This document shows positions 37,858 to 47,050 of a stretch of 64,000 nt of DNA, piece after piece. Positions within the stretch are counted from its first letter, which is position 1. Each line of letters starts with the position of its first letter. Made by a program: the position numbers and the translations under genes. The notes under the pieces are model-generated. The model had not been told where the DNA came from and did no database searches. It saw nothing but the letters and a program-made list of their open reading frames with translations. The stretch spans positions 4,672,001 through 4,736,000 of the forward strand of contig OY776510.1 of assembly GCA_963675665.1 (NCBI GenBank), in the 5' to 3' direction. This DNA comes from Spirochaetia bacterium (GTDB lineage Bacteria > Spirochaetota > Spirochaetia > UBA9216).

Positions 37858-37952
37858 TATTTTGTACTCCCCAACTTTATAGAAGTTAAACTGTGCACAG
37901 CAAACAGCGCTGCACACAGTTTTCATTTTTTAATTTGTTTTTCAGGGATTAA

Positions 37953-38996
37953 TCAGTCGCTATAAGCTTCTACCGCCAAATCAAGATTGTCTTTTGTGAT
38001 CTTAACACAACTTACTCTGACATCTTTATTCTTTCCGAATGTCCATTTTGTTCCGGCCAGAGGGTCCCTGCCGTTGGCAACATTCTGAACAAGATCAAAT
38101 GTTGCGACTCCAAGACTTTTAGGATCATTTAAAACTGTTCCCAGCATCTGGCCTTTTTTGATAAGCTCAACAGCTTCAGGGATACCGTCAACACCTACAA
38201 CCGGCATATATTTGTCGCCGCTGAAGTAGCCTGCGGCCTTTAATGCTTCTACAGCGCCTAAAGCCATGGCATCATTATTTGCAATAACAAACTCAATTTT
38301 GTCATCATACTTTGCCAGCCAGGTTTCCATTAGGTCCTTTCCTTTGGAGGAATCCCACATTCCTGTCTGAAGTTCAAGTTGTTCCACGGAAATACCGGCA
38401 GCTTCTACTGTTTCTATGGATGCTGTTGTTCTGACTTCGGCATCAGCATGTCCCGGTTCACCTTTGAGCATAACGTATTGAATTACGCCGTCGTTATTTT
38501 TATCAAGTTTGGGGTTACTCTTCCAGGCATCCACGATTAATTCGCCTTCCATGACGGCAAATTCCCTTGATGTAATACCTGCATACCAGCACTTATCATA
38601 ACTTTTCAGAACATCGGCGGCCGGTTCTTTGTTAAAGAAGATTATCGGTACGTCAGCTTTCCGGGCTTTCTCTACAACAGTTCCGGCAGCTGCAGGATCA
38701 ACCAGATTTATCGCAAGAGCTTTTACGCCTTTTACAATATATGTATCGATCTGATCATTCTGTTTTGACTGATCATTCATTGAATCAGCCAGTAACAAAT
38801 CAACTTTTCCCACTGCAGCTTTCTCAAAAGCTTTACGAACAAATGACATATAATTGTCATCAAACTTATAGATGGTCGCACCAATCTTGACTGTTCCACT
38901 GCCATCTGCGTCTTGTTGCCCGTTTGCATATAAACAAAAAGGCCCCAATACCAGAAGCATGACACAAATTACACAAAATACGTTTTTTTTCAACAT
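37953..38996 (-). CDS. mglB: Galactose/glucose ABC substrate-binding protein
   Basis: IYKFDDN.M, AINLVD, DKNNDG Ca-loop, KGEPGH.DA, NNDAMALG. Confidence 0.9.
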   Translation of the reverse strand: MLKKNVFCVICVMLLVLGPFCLYANGQQDADGSGTVKIGATIYKFDDNYMSFVRKAFEKAAVGKVDLLLADSMNDQSKQNDQIDTYIVKGVKALAINLVDPAAAGTVVEKARKADVPIIFFNKEPAADVLKSYDKCWYAGITSREFAVMEGELIVDAWKSNPKLDKNNDGVIQYVMLKGEPGHADAEVRTTASIETVEAAGISVEQLELQTGMWDSSKGKDLMETWLAKYDDKIEFVIANNDAMALGAVEALKAAGYFSGDKYMPVVGVDGIPEAVELIKKGQMLGTVLNDPKSLGVATFDLVQNVANGRDPLAGTKWTFGKNKDVRVSCVKITKDNLDLAVEAYSD

Positions 38997-39048
38997 GTCC
39001 TCCTCTGTAATGCCGTATCTGCGGCATCCATCGATATTTATTTTGCTA

Positions 39049-39073
39049 ACTTTATTTATTCACCAAACAAAGT
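39049..39073. promoter_or_regulatory. Putative ROK-repressor operator 1 (inside a 20-bp-arm palindrome 39034-39088)
   Basis: ACTTTATTTATTCACCAAACAAAGT upstream of mglB. Confidence 0.7.
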
Positions 39074-39152
39074 TAGCAAAATAAATATAACATGATAGCA
39101 AAAATAACGCAACTTATTTTATTTTATTAATATTTTATATGATTTTTAATCA

Positions 39153-39177
39153 TCTTAGTTTATTCATAAAACAAAGA
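39153..39177. promoter_or_regulatory. Putative ROK-repressor operator 2
   Basis: TCTTAGTTTATTCATAAAACAAAGA, similar to operator 1. Confidence 0.6.
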
Positions 39178-39179
39178 CG

Positions 39180-40409
39180 TTAACCTGAAGTAATTTTGGG
39201 AACTACAAAAATATTACTTATCGCCATAGAGGCTGCGCCGAGTGCTCCGGAATCACCCTTCAGGGAAGAAAGAACAACAGACACATCCTTAAAACATTCA
39301 TCCATCGCAAACCTGCCTGCACTTTCCACCAAAGGCTTTAACAGAAAATTTCCGGCCAAAGCCATTTCTCCGCCTATCACAATCATCTGCGGATTAAGGA
39401 TATTTACGACATCCGCAATAGCAATACCTAAAAACCGACCGACTTCTTCAAGTGAAGAAAGGGCTACGACATCCTTTTCGGCAGCAGCCTGATTAATTAT
39501 TTCAATTGAAATTTTTGTGAGATCTCCATTTACCAGATCGATAATTCTTGTGTTGTATCCCATATTTATATTGGCTTTTATCTTTTTGATTAAACTTTTT
39601 ACTGAAGCGACAGTATCAAGACAACCGAATTTTCCACACACGCACCGCATTCCGTCATCTACAACCTTAATATGTCCGACCTCACCGGCCGCTTGTCCTC
39701 TTCCTTTATACAATTCTCCGTTCAATACTATTCCGCTTCCGATTCCTGTTCCGACATGCACAAAAACATAATCATCAATGCCTTTGGCTATCCCGAACCA
39801 TTTCTCACCCAAAGCTTTTGCACGGGCATCATTATCAATAGTTACCGGAAGATTGAATTTTTTAGATATTTTATCTGCGATAGGAACATTATGCCAATTG
39901 AAAGCAGGAGCATAAATCGATACTCCGGCTGTAGAATCTACTATGCCGTGCATTCCCACGCCAATACCGAAGAATCTATCGTCGGACAACCCGCTCTCCC
40001 TGATGGCTTTATCAATTGATTCAATTATTACCGATAAAACCGTGTCTTTCTCTATTGCCTCGACTAACGGAAGCGACACGGTATTTATGATCGTCCCTTC
40101 CAGATTAACTACTGCAGATATTACTTTTTCTTTTTGAACATCAACCCCTATACAGTTAAATGAATTTTCACTCAGTCCGATCAATATCGGTTTTCTTCCG
40201 CCGGATGATTCCCCGTCTCCAAGACATTTTATCAAACCTTCTTCTTCCAGCTGCCTTACATTACCTGAAACAGTTGCAGGATTTAGTCCCAGGATTCTTG
40301 CAACCTCTGCACGCGATACAGGACCGTATTCCCGAACAGTTTTTAAAATTAACGATCTGTTAATCTCTTTGATAAAAGCCTTATCGCCTGTTTTATAAGC
40401 CATTCCCAA
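39180..40409 (-). CDS. ROK-family transcriptional repressor (XylR/NagC-like)
   Basis: N-terminal HTH (SRAE.A..LGL..ATVS), SSGGRKP, DNDA, GTGIGSG, GEVGH..C.CG..GC. Confidence 0.93.
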   Translation of the reverse strand: MGMAYKTGDKAFIKEINRSLILKTVREYGPVSRAEVARILGLNPATVSGNVRQLEEEGLIKCLGDGESSGGRKPILIGLSENSFNCIGVDVQKEKVISAVVNLEGTIINTVSLPLVEAIEKDTVLSVIIESIDKAIRESGLSDDRFFGIGVGMHGIVDSTAGVSIYAPAFNWHNVPIADKISKKFNLPVTIDNDARAKALGEKWFGIAKGIDDYVFVHVGTGIGSGIVLNGELYKGRGQAAGEVGHIKVVDDGMRCVCGKFGCLDTVASVKSLIKKIKANINMGYNTRIIDLVNGDLTKISIEIINQAAAEKDVVALSSLEEVGRFLGIAIADVVNILNPQMIVIGGEMALAGNFLLKPLVESAGRFAMDECFKDVSVVLSSLKGDSGALGAASMAISNIFVVPKITSG

Positions 40410-40421
40410 ATAATCCTATGC

Positions 40422-40446
40422 TGTTTCTTTTATTGGTAAATAAAGA
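40422..40446. promoter_or_regulatory. Putative ROK-repressor operator 3 (autoregulatory/divergent)
   Basis: Reverse complement TCTTTATTTACCAATAAAAGAAACA matches operators 1-2. Confidence 0.55.
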
Positions 40447-40605
40447 CTCATGAAGATTACACCCGATTCAAAATAAATTCTACGGCTAAACTCTTTTAGT
40501 TTTAACTCCTGCACTCTCAATAAAATAAACTGTTTATCTCCGGAAAGCTTGATAAAATCCCTGCTTTTACTGATAATAAACCGTAAAAGACAGCAGGGAG
40601 GATTG

Positions 40606-41913
40606 ATGCTTTACATTGACGAAGGAGGAAAGGATCGTCTTCTTAACAATGAGGATCTTGTCCGCCTCACGAATTCAGCACTTCAAAAACTTGGAAACAG
40701 AAAAAAGGTACTTATACTCCCTCCGGATTACACAAGACTTCCCTCACGTTCAGGTATAATCACAAAAGCCGCCTGTGATTACTATCAGTCGGCAGTTAAA
40801 GACATAATGCCGACTATCGGAACGCATCAGCCTATGACGCCGGATGAAATATCCGGCATGTACGGGGATATCCCCCGAAGTCTCTTCCGTGTGCACAACT
40901 GGAGAGGCGATCTTGTCACCCTCGGACGGGTTCCGGCTGATTATATAAGGGAAATTTCAGGAAACCGGCTTGATTTCGACTTGCCGGCACAGGTTAACCG
41001 GATACTTTTAGACGGCGGCCATGATTTAATAATATCGATCGGACAGGTTGTTCCGCATGAAGTAGTCGGGATGGCTAATTACAATAAAAATATTTTCATC
41101 GGTATCGGGGGAACAGAAGGCATTCACAAAAGTCATTACCTCGGCGCAGTCTGCGGCATGGAGAATATAATGGGGCGAACGGACACGCCCGTCCGCCGGG
41201 TTTTGAACTATTCCTCGGAAAAATTCTCGTCAGGAATCCCCATACTCTACATTCAGACTGTTGTTGCTCCCGATGAAAACGGAAATCCTGTTGTTAAAGG
41301 TCTTTTTATTGGTGACGACGCTGAATGCTTCGAAAAAGCCGCCACGCTTTCTTCCCGGGTTAACATAACAATTCTTGAAAAGCGGCTGAAACGGATAGTA
41401 GTATATCTACCGCCGGAGAGCTATAAAAGCACATGGCTCGGCAACAAGGCAATTTACCGAAGCCGCATGGCTATTGAAAACGGCGGCGAACTGACGGTTA
41501 TTGCGCCGGGAATAAAACAGTTCGGAGAGGACCCGCAAATCGATCGGATTATCAGGAAATTCGGCTACCGTGGCACTGAAGAAATAATACGCAATGTCTC
41601 TGTGAACCCGGAGCTTGCAAATAATCTCGGCGCAGCAGCGCACCTGATTCACGGCTCGTCGGAAGGCAGATTTACAATTAAATATGCCGCCGGGGAAATG
41701 AGCCGAAAAGAAATCGAGTCTGTAGGTTACCAGTGGTGCGAACAGAATGAGGCCATGAATTTGTTCGATCCTGTCAATAAAAATACCGGCTTTCATAACG
41801 ACGCAAACGGTAGCGAATTTTACCTGATAAAGAATGCAGGAATAGGCTTGTGGTCTGCCGAAGGAATAAACTCATTACAGCCTCCGCTTCGCCCGGAGAA
41901 CGGCAATGAATAA
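40606..41913 (+). CDS. LarA (lactate racemase/DUF2088) superfamily protein
   Basis: PPDYTR, IGTH.PM, H.W, VN, PHEVVGMANYNK; GGGAGG SD before ATG. Confidence 0.8.
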   Translation: MLYIDEGGKDRLLNNEDLVRLTNSALQKLGNRKKVLILPPDYTRLPSRSGIITKAACDYYQSAVKDIMPTIGTHQPMTPDEISGMYGDIPRSLFRVHNWRGDLVTLGRVPADYIREISGNRLDFDLPAQVNRILLDGGHDLIISIGQVVPHEVVGMANYNKNIFIGIGGTEGIHKSHYLGAVCGMENIMGRTDTPVRRVLNYSSEKFSSGIPILYIQTVVAPDENGNPVVKGLFIGDDAECFEKAATLSSRVNITILEKRLKRIVVYLPPESYKSTWLGNKAIYRSRMAIENGGELTVIAPGIKQFGEDPQIDRIIRKFGYRGTEEIIRNVSVNPELANNLGAAAHLIHGSSEGRFTIKYAAGEMSRKEIESVGYQWCEQNEAMNLFDPVNKNTGFHNDANGSEFYLIKNAGIGLWSAEGINSLQPPLRPENGNE

Positions 41914-42718
41914 AAAACCAATAATTCTTCTGACAAATGACGACGGTATCAGATCGCCCGGACTCATAGCCGCAGCCGGGCAACTTGCCGACCTGGGTGA
42001 AACCTGGGTTGTCGCCCCGCATATCCAGCAGACATCAGCAGGCAGAAGCTTTCCGCCCCAATCAACAGGCACTATAAAAATAACAGACAATTTCCCTGTC
42101 GGAATAAAAGCATATTCGGTTGAAGCATCTCCTGCCCAGTGCGTCAACTATGCTATTCTGCATATAATGCCGAAAAAACCGGATCTCATCGTATCGGGAA
42201 TTAATTCGGGAGTTAACGTAGGCATAGACATCACACGTTCGGGAACAATAGGAGCTGCTCTTGAAGCCGCCTGTGCGGGCTTCAGGGCAATTGCAGTATC
42301 CCTTGAAATACATCAGGATGAAGTTTTTGCCGAAGAGCCGGCGGCGGATTTCAGTACTGCCGCGTATTTTACCCGGTTTTTTTCCGAGGCAGTTCTTACA
42401 AAAAATCTTGAGAGCGATACAGCCGTGCTAAAAATTGATGTTCCTTCTTCTGCCGTACAATCAACGCCATGGGAAGTATGCAGGCTGTCGCCGGGAGCCT
42501 ACTACAAAGTTTGCGCGCCGCTTGAAAGCGGCGGCACGGGCCCCGGGCAGCTTGAATGGGTAATAGAAGAGGATGATTCAACCTTTATCAAAGGCACTGA
42601 TGCACATACTGTATTTGTCAAAAAGAAAGTAGCGGTCACCCCTTTAAGCCTTGATCTCACTTCGAGGGTCTCTTTAAGCAGCCTTGAAAAAAGCCTGAAA
42701 ACCGGTATTCCGCAATAA
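41906..42718 (+). CDS. surE: 5'/3'-nucleotidase SurE
   Basis: LTNDDG..SPG, VVAP, SGINSG.N, SGT.GAA.E. Confidence 0.93.
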   Translation: MNKKPIILLTNDDGIRSPGLIAAAGQLADLGETWVVAPHIQQTSAGRSFPPQSTGTIKITDNFPVGIKAYSVEASPAQCVNYAILHIMPKKPDLIVSGINSGVNVGIDITRSGTIGAALEAACAGFRAIAVSLEIHQDEVFAEEPAADFSTAAYFTRFFSEAVLTKNLESDTAVLKIDVPSSAVQSTPWEVCRLSPGAYYKVCAPLESGGTGPGQLEWVIEEDDSTFIKGTDAHTVFVKKKVAVTPLSLDLTSRVSLSSLEKSLKTGIPQ

Positions 42719-42767
42719 TCTTACAGGTTTCTGAATTCTCATTAAAAAAAACAGTTATAGGAATAAT

Positions 42768-43448
42768 ATGAAGACAGAAAAATATTATTCAAATATTTCG
42801 GCGCTTCCCAAAGCCGAGCGGCCTCGTGAACTTCTTTTCGAACACGGACCGGAATACCTCAGCGATGAGCAGCTGATTGCCATTCTTATCGGTTCCGGCA
42901 CCCGCGGCAACGATGTAATGAAACTGTCCCGGCAGGTACTTGAACTTTACCGGCAAAATCCTGTAGAGCTGGTCGATCCGGCCATGTTCTGCGATATCGA
43001 CGGAATGGGAACCGCAAAAGCGGCGCAGCTGGCCGCTGCGCTGGAATTTGCCCGCCGAAGAATAAACCCGGCGGCAAAACGAATTAATTCTCCATCGGAT
43101 GTGGTTCCGCTGCTGTTTCATTATGCCGCCTGCCGAAAGGAACATTTTCTGAGTATTTCTCTTAACGGTGCGCACGAGGTTTTAGCGGTAAGAGTGGTCT
43201 CTATCGGCACCCTCAATCGTACAATTGTTCATCCCCGTGAGGTTTATGCCGATCTGATCGGCGATCATGCCGGAGGACTTATCTGTGCGCACAACCACCC
43301 GTCAGGCAATACTGAACCAAGCCGTGAAGACATCGAACTGACCGAACGTCTTCGCAGCGCGGGCGACATTATCGGGATAAATCTGCTTGATCACGTGATA
43401 ATATCCGAAACAGGCTATTTCAGCTTTCTGGAAAACGGATTGCTGTGA
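42768..43448 (+). CDS. radC: RadC/UPF0758 JAB-domain protein
   Basis: RPRE, VHPREV, HNHPSG..EPS..D, LLDH. Confidence 0.93.
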   Translation: MKTEKYYSNISALPKAERPRELLFEHGPEYLSDEQLIAILIGSGTRGNDVMKLSRQVLELYRQNPVELVDPAMFCDIDGMGTAKAAQLAAALEFARRRINPAAKRINSPSDVVPLLFHYAACRKEHFLSISLNGAHEVLAVRVVSIGTLNRTIVHPREVYADLIGDHAGGLICAHNHPSGNTEPSREDIELTERLRSAGDIIGINLLDHVIISETGYFSFLENGLL

Positions 43449-43474
43449 TCTGTATAGCCGTTAATAAAAATAGT

Positions 43475-44476
43475 TCACTTAACACTGATTCTTTTCCAGA
43501 AATCCTGCGAATAAACAACTATATCATCACTTGTATCTAAGGGTGTATTATTATCATAAACCTGAATAAGGTTATTAATATCCATATTAATTTCAAGATT
43601 ACCGGCGCTTTCAATATAAACAGGCTCCATGGAAGAAATTACAATCGCATAGTTTGTGTATGAAGAAAAAAGCGGGTATTCTGTCTTAATATAATCAGGA
43701 TCTGAAGACAAAATAATTCCGTCGGCATCTATGAGATCATTAAAAACTATTACATCCGGCAGAAACGGTCTGTCTATTGTCAAGAACGAAGAGAAATCAT
43801 TTTCAGCAGCAGGAACAATTGCAGGGAATAGACAACTTGCGGGAACGGAAAAAACCGAACCTCCCAGATAAGTTAAAGGCACAATGAAATTAAATTCATT
43901 TCCGAGAGTGTTCTCCGGATGAAGTGAATTGACATCAATGTTGTTTTTTTCAACATAGTACTGCTGAATAGTCTTCGGCATATTACTGTCCGTGTATCCC
44001 GGAAGTTTAAAAACCACCCGGGACTCGCCGTAATATTGGCTGCTTTTATCCAGAGCCGGATTCGGAGCAAGATTAAAAAATAACTCAAGCTGGTTATAAG
44101 TTCCTTCAGGAACAAGCAAAGATTCCTTAACCGCTCCGGCTGAAAAATCCACTACATTATTCCAGCCCTCATCTTCTCCACTGAAACTGCCGAAAAAGGG
44201 ATACACATCCTCAGCATTCGAAACAGCCGCCTGAAAAATTGTAACCTTGAATTCCGAGGGTGTCACGCCGTCACCGCCTTCAAAGATTACAGGAGAGCCA
44301 ATCCTGGTATAAGTTTCATCCAGATATGAAGAACAGTCATCAATAGTCTCCAGACTTTTTGCACCGGTATTACCTGAAAATACCACATCAGTTCTGATAT
44401 GAAACAGTTGCGATAAAAAGCTGCAGCCGGAAATGAGAACAGCGCCAAGCAGAACAAATATAATTGCTTTTTTCAT
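43475..44476 (-). CDS. Hypothetical lipoprotein
   Basis: MKK signal peptide with lipobox LISGC; no recognised domain. Confidence 0.7.
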   Translation of the reverse strand: MKKAIIFVLLGAVLISGCSFLSQLFHIRTDVVFSGNTGAKSLETIDDCSSYLDETYTRIGSPVIFEGGDGVTPSEFKVTIFQAAVSNAEDVYPFFGSFSGEDEGWNNVVDFSAGAVKESLLVPEGTYNQLELFFNLAPNPALDKSSQYYGESRVVFKLPGYTDSNMPKTIQQYYVEKNNIDVNSLHPENTLGNEFNFIVPLTYLGGSVFSVPASCLFPAIVPAAENDFSSFLTIDRPFLPDVIVFNDLIDADGIILSSDPDYIKTEYPLFSSYTNYAIVISSMEPVYIESAGNLEINMDINNLIQVYDNNTPLDTSDDIVVYSQDFWKRISVK

Positions 44477-44575
44477 TACGAAGAACCCCTATCAGTTTAT
44501 TATCCCGGATTATAGACAGAACCGGAGGATTATCTATAACACCTGTTTTTCAGTAAGCTATATTTTTAAACCTTG

Positions 44576-45328
44576 TTACCCTTTCTTATTCCTCAACAGG
44601 ATAATCGTCGGGACAAAGAAAAACAACCCCATCACTGCAATTACAATTACGGCTTCAAAATCTATGGCAGCATCAATTACCAACGGATTGAGAACCAGAA
44701 AAACTATCAATCCGATAAAAAGCAGACTTGCCTGTAGATAGCACGGCAGGACATTTGACTCTCCAAAGGCTTTTTTTCTTATTAAACCGACGCCCACAAC
44801 CCACCAGATAATGGAAATAATTATATCGGAAATACTGACCAGCATGTCCGTAATTGTTGACATTCCGACTGCATACTGATAAATAACATTCGCTCCCCGC
44901 ACAAGAAATCCCAGTCCGAAAAGGAGGAGTAAAATGCTGAATAATACCCTGCCCCTGATTTTTAATTCGGAGAAACTTTCAGCATCACGGCTGTCGATAT
45001 TTTTTAGAATAAATACGGCGAATGCGCCTGCAAAACAGATAATTGACAATATCCGCGCAACAGGGTTGGATACGATCACAAATACGGGCAAACAGCTGTA
45101 GATAATAAACAGAAGCATGGCCCTTTGCAGTTTCTCAAGCGTAGTTTTTTTTCTCAATATGAATCTTGAAAACAGATAAAGACCTGCTATGAAGCCGTTG
45201 ATTACATTCGTCAGAAACAAACTTGTCCATGCTTCATAATTTACATAGGCTCCGGCAGGCAAAACAGCTGCAAAAATTGAGAGTATCAGGAAAAGTAACT
45301 GAACAACCGGTTCCGCAATCTTGGTCAC
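44576..45328 (-). CDS. Hypothetical polytopic membrane protein
   Basis: About 8 hydrophobic helices. Confidence 0.65.
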   Translation of the reverse strand: MTKIAEPVVQLLFLILSIFAAVLPAGAYVNYEAWTSLFLTNVINGFIAGLYLFSRFILRKKTTLEKLQRAMLLFIIYSCLPVFVIVSNPVARILSIICFAGAFAVFILKNIDSRDAESFSELKIRGRVLFSILLLLFGLGFLVRGANVIYQYAVGMSTITDMLVSISDIIISIIWWVVGVGLIRKKAFGESNVLPCYLQASLLFIGLIVFLVLNPLVIDAAIDFEAVIVIAVMGLFFFVPTIILLRNKKG

Positions 45329-45454
45329 AACATCAGATTATACCCTACGCCGGCTGTATCCACAAATGCTTTTTTCAGGAACAGTGAGTATATAACAGGC
45401 AAGCTCCCCCGACTCAGCTTTATTAAATAAAAACAATGGTATATCATTTCACAC

Positions 45455-46579
45455 ATGAACCATGAACAGGAATACACCGGCTACGAGACAGGACCGATAA
45501 GACCTCCGAGCGAGGCCAACAGCCTGCTGCTGCGAATTTCCAGAAACTGCCCATGGAACAAATGCACCTTCTGCGGACTTTACAAAGGCGAACGCTTCAG
45601 TGCGCGGCCGGTTGAGCATATAAAATGCGATATTGACCAACTCAAAGCCTGGACAGACTATTTCAGGGCTAAAGAAGCCGGAGGATATCCCGAACAGCCT
45701 GAAAATGAGGGCTCCATGGTTGTCTATACGGCTGAAAACTGGGTGAGAAGCCGCATGCGCTCAATCTTTCTGCAGGATGCAAACAGTCTTGTTATCAAAC
45801 CGGAGCAGATGATAGAGATACTGAAATATCTGCGGAAGAGCTTTCCGGAAACTGAAAGAATCACCTCTTACGCGCGTTCGCAGACGGTTTCACGTATCAG
45901 CGACGAACACCTTGCCGAAATTGCCGCTGCAGGGCTGAACAGAATCCATATCGGTCTTGAATCGGGCTGCGACGAGGTCCTTCAGCTGGTAAGAAAGGGA
46001 GCGGATAAACAAACCCACATAGAGGCCGGATGCAAGATAAAGAAAGCGGGCATGGAGCTGTCCGAATACTATATTCCCGGGCTCGGAGGGAAAAAACTAT
46101 CGGAGCGAAACGCACTTGAAACGGCCGACGCGTTGAACCGGATTAACCCCGACTTTATCAGAATACGTACGCTTGCTGTTTCAGACAGTATCCCGCTGGC
46201 TGACGATTATGCAAACGGGACATTCACCCGTACAAACGATATTGATATGGTGAAAGAGCTGCTTCTGATGATAAAAAACCTGGATGGAATTACAAGTTAT
46301 ATAAAAAGCGATCATATAGTAAACCTGCTTCCCGAAGTCAGGGGCAAACTTCCGCAGGATAAGGATCAGATGATATCAGTAATCGAAAAATTTTTGGGTT
46401 TATCAGAAGAAGACCAGATGATTTTCAGGGCCGGGCGCCGTACCGGAACCCTGACCCTGCTGAAAGGCCTTGAAAACAGTGAAAAGAAAGAAGCTGTAAA
46501 AATAATGATGCGCGCCGGTAATATCAATAAAGACAATATTGATATTGTATGCGACAACCTCATAAAAAGATTTATTTAG
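45455..46579 (+). CDS. Radical SAM protein
   Basis: IRPPSEA..L, CPWNKCTFC (CxxxCxxC), GLESG. Confidence 0.9.
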   Translation: MNHEQEYTGYETGPIRPPSEANSLLLRISRNCPWNKCTFCGLYKGERFSARPVEHIKCDIDQLKAWTDYFRAKEAGGYPEQPENEGSMVVYTAENWVRSRMRSIFLQDANSLVIKPEQMIEILKYLRKSFPETERITSYARSQTVSRISDEHLAEIAAAGLNRIHIGLESGCDEVLQLVRKGADKQTHIEAGCKIKKAGMELSEYYIPGLGGKKLSERNALETADALNRINPDFIRIRTLAVSDSIPLADDYANGTFTRTNDIDMVKELLLMIKNLDGITSYIKSDHIVNLLPEVRGKLPQDKDQMISVIEKFLGLSEEDQMIFRAGRRTGTLTLLKGLENSEKKEAVKIMMRAGNINKDNIDIVCDNLIKRFI

Positions 46580-46956
46580 ACAACCTTTTTACCGTTTTCA
46601 TATACCTCTTCTATATTGACCACTGCCGCTCCGTGCCCCGGATGCCTGTCCTCACTCCAGGATTTCATAAACCTGTAATTTTCACCGCCGTATTCATAAT
46701 GGATATCACCTTTAACTAGGTAGAGTTTTCTGTCTTTTGTAACAAACACAAGAGAACCTTCGCTGTCAGGCAGCCTGTTTTTCATTGTACGATCAATAAA
46801 CTCATTGGCGATAACAATCCTGTCGTCGTGATACAGTTTGACATCAGTTGCATAGATATTATTCTGGTTGCCGTCATTACCTACAGTAGTAAAAACAATC
46901 GGGCCCTTCCTGTTTTCCCATGCTTTTTTTATTGAATCGGAAACTGTTGTCGGCAT
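46576..46956 (-). CDS. Pyridoxamine 5'-phosphate oxidase-like FMN-binding protein
   Basis: VFTTV..DG..N, T.KN, Y.VKG, V.IEEVY split-barrel pattern. Confidence 0.75.
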   Translation of the reverse strand: MPTTVSDSIKKAWENRKGPIVFTTVGNDGNQNNIYATDVKLYHDDRIVIANEFIDRTMKNRLPDSEGSLVFVTKDRKLYLVKGDIHYEYGGENYRFMKSWSEDRHPGHGAAVVNIEEVYENGKKVV

Positions 46957-47050
46957 AATATTCCTCCTGATGAATAAGATCCTGTTATAATCTTACTATT
47001 ACTAAAACGATAAGGCAACGAATATTAAATTATTTATATATATTTATCTT

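Noticed and set aside
42768-43448. radC as a marker of a mobile or anti-defence island
   Set aside because: Full-length chromosomal form downstream of surE with no integrase or conjugation genes
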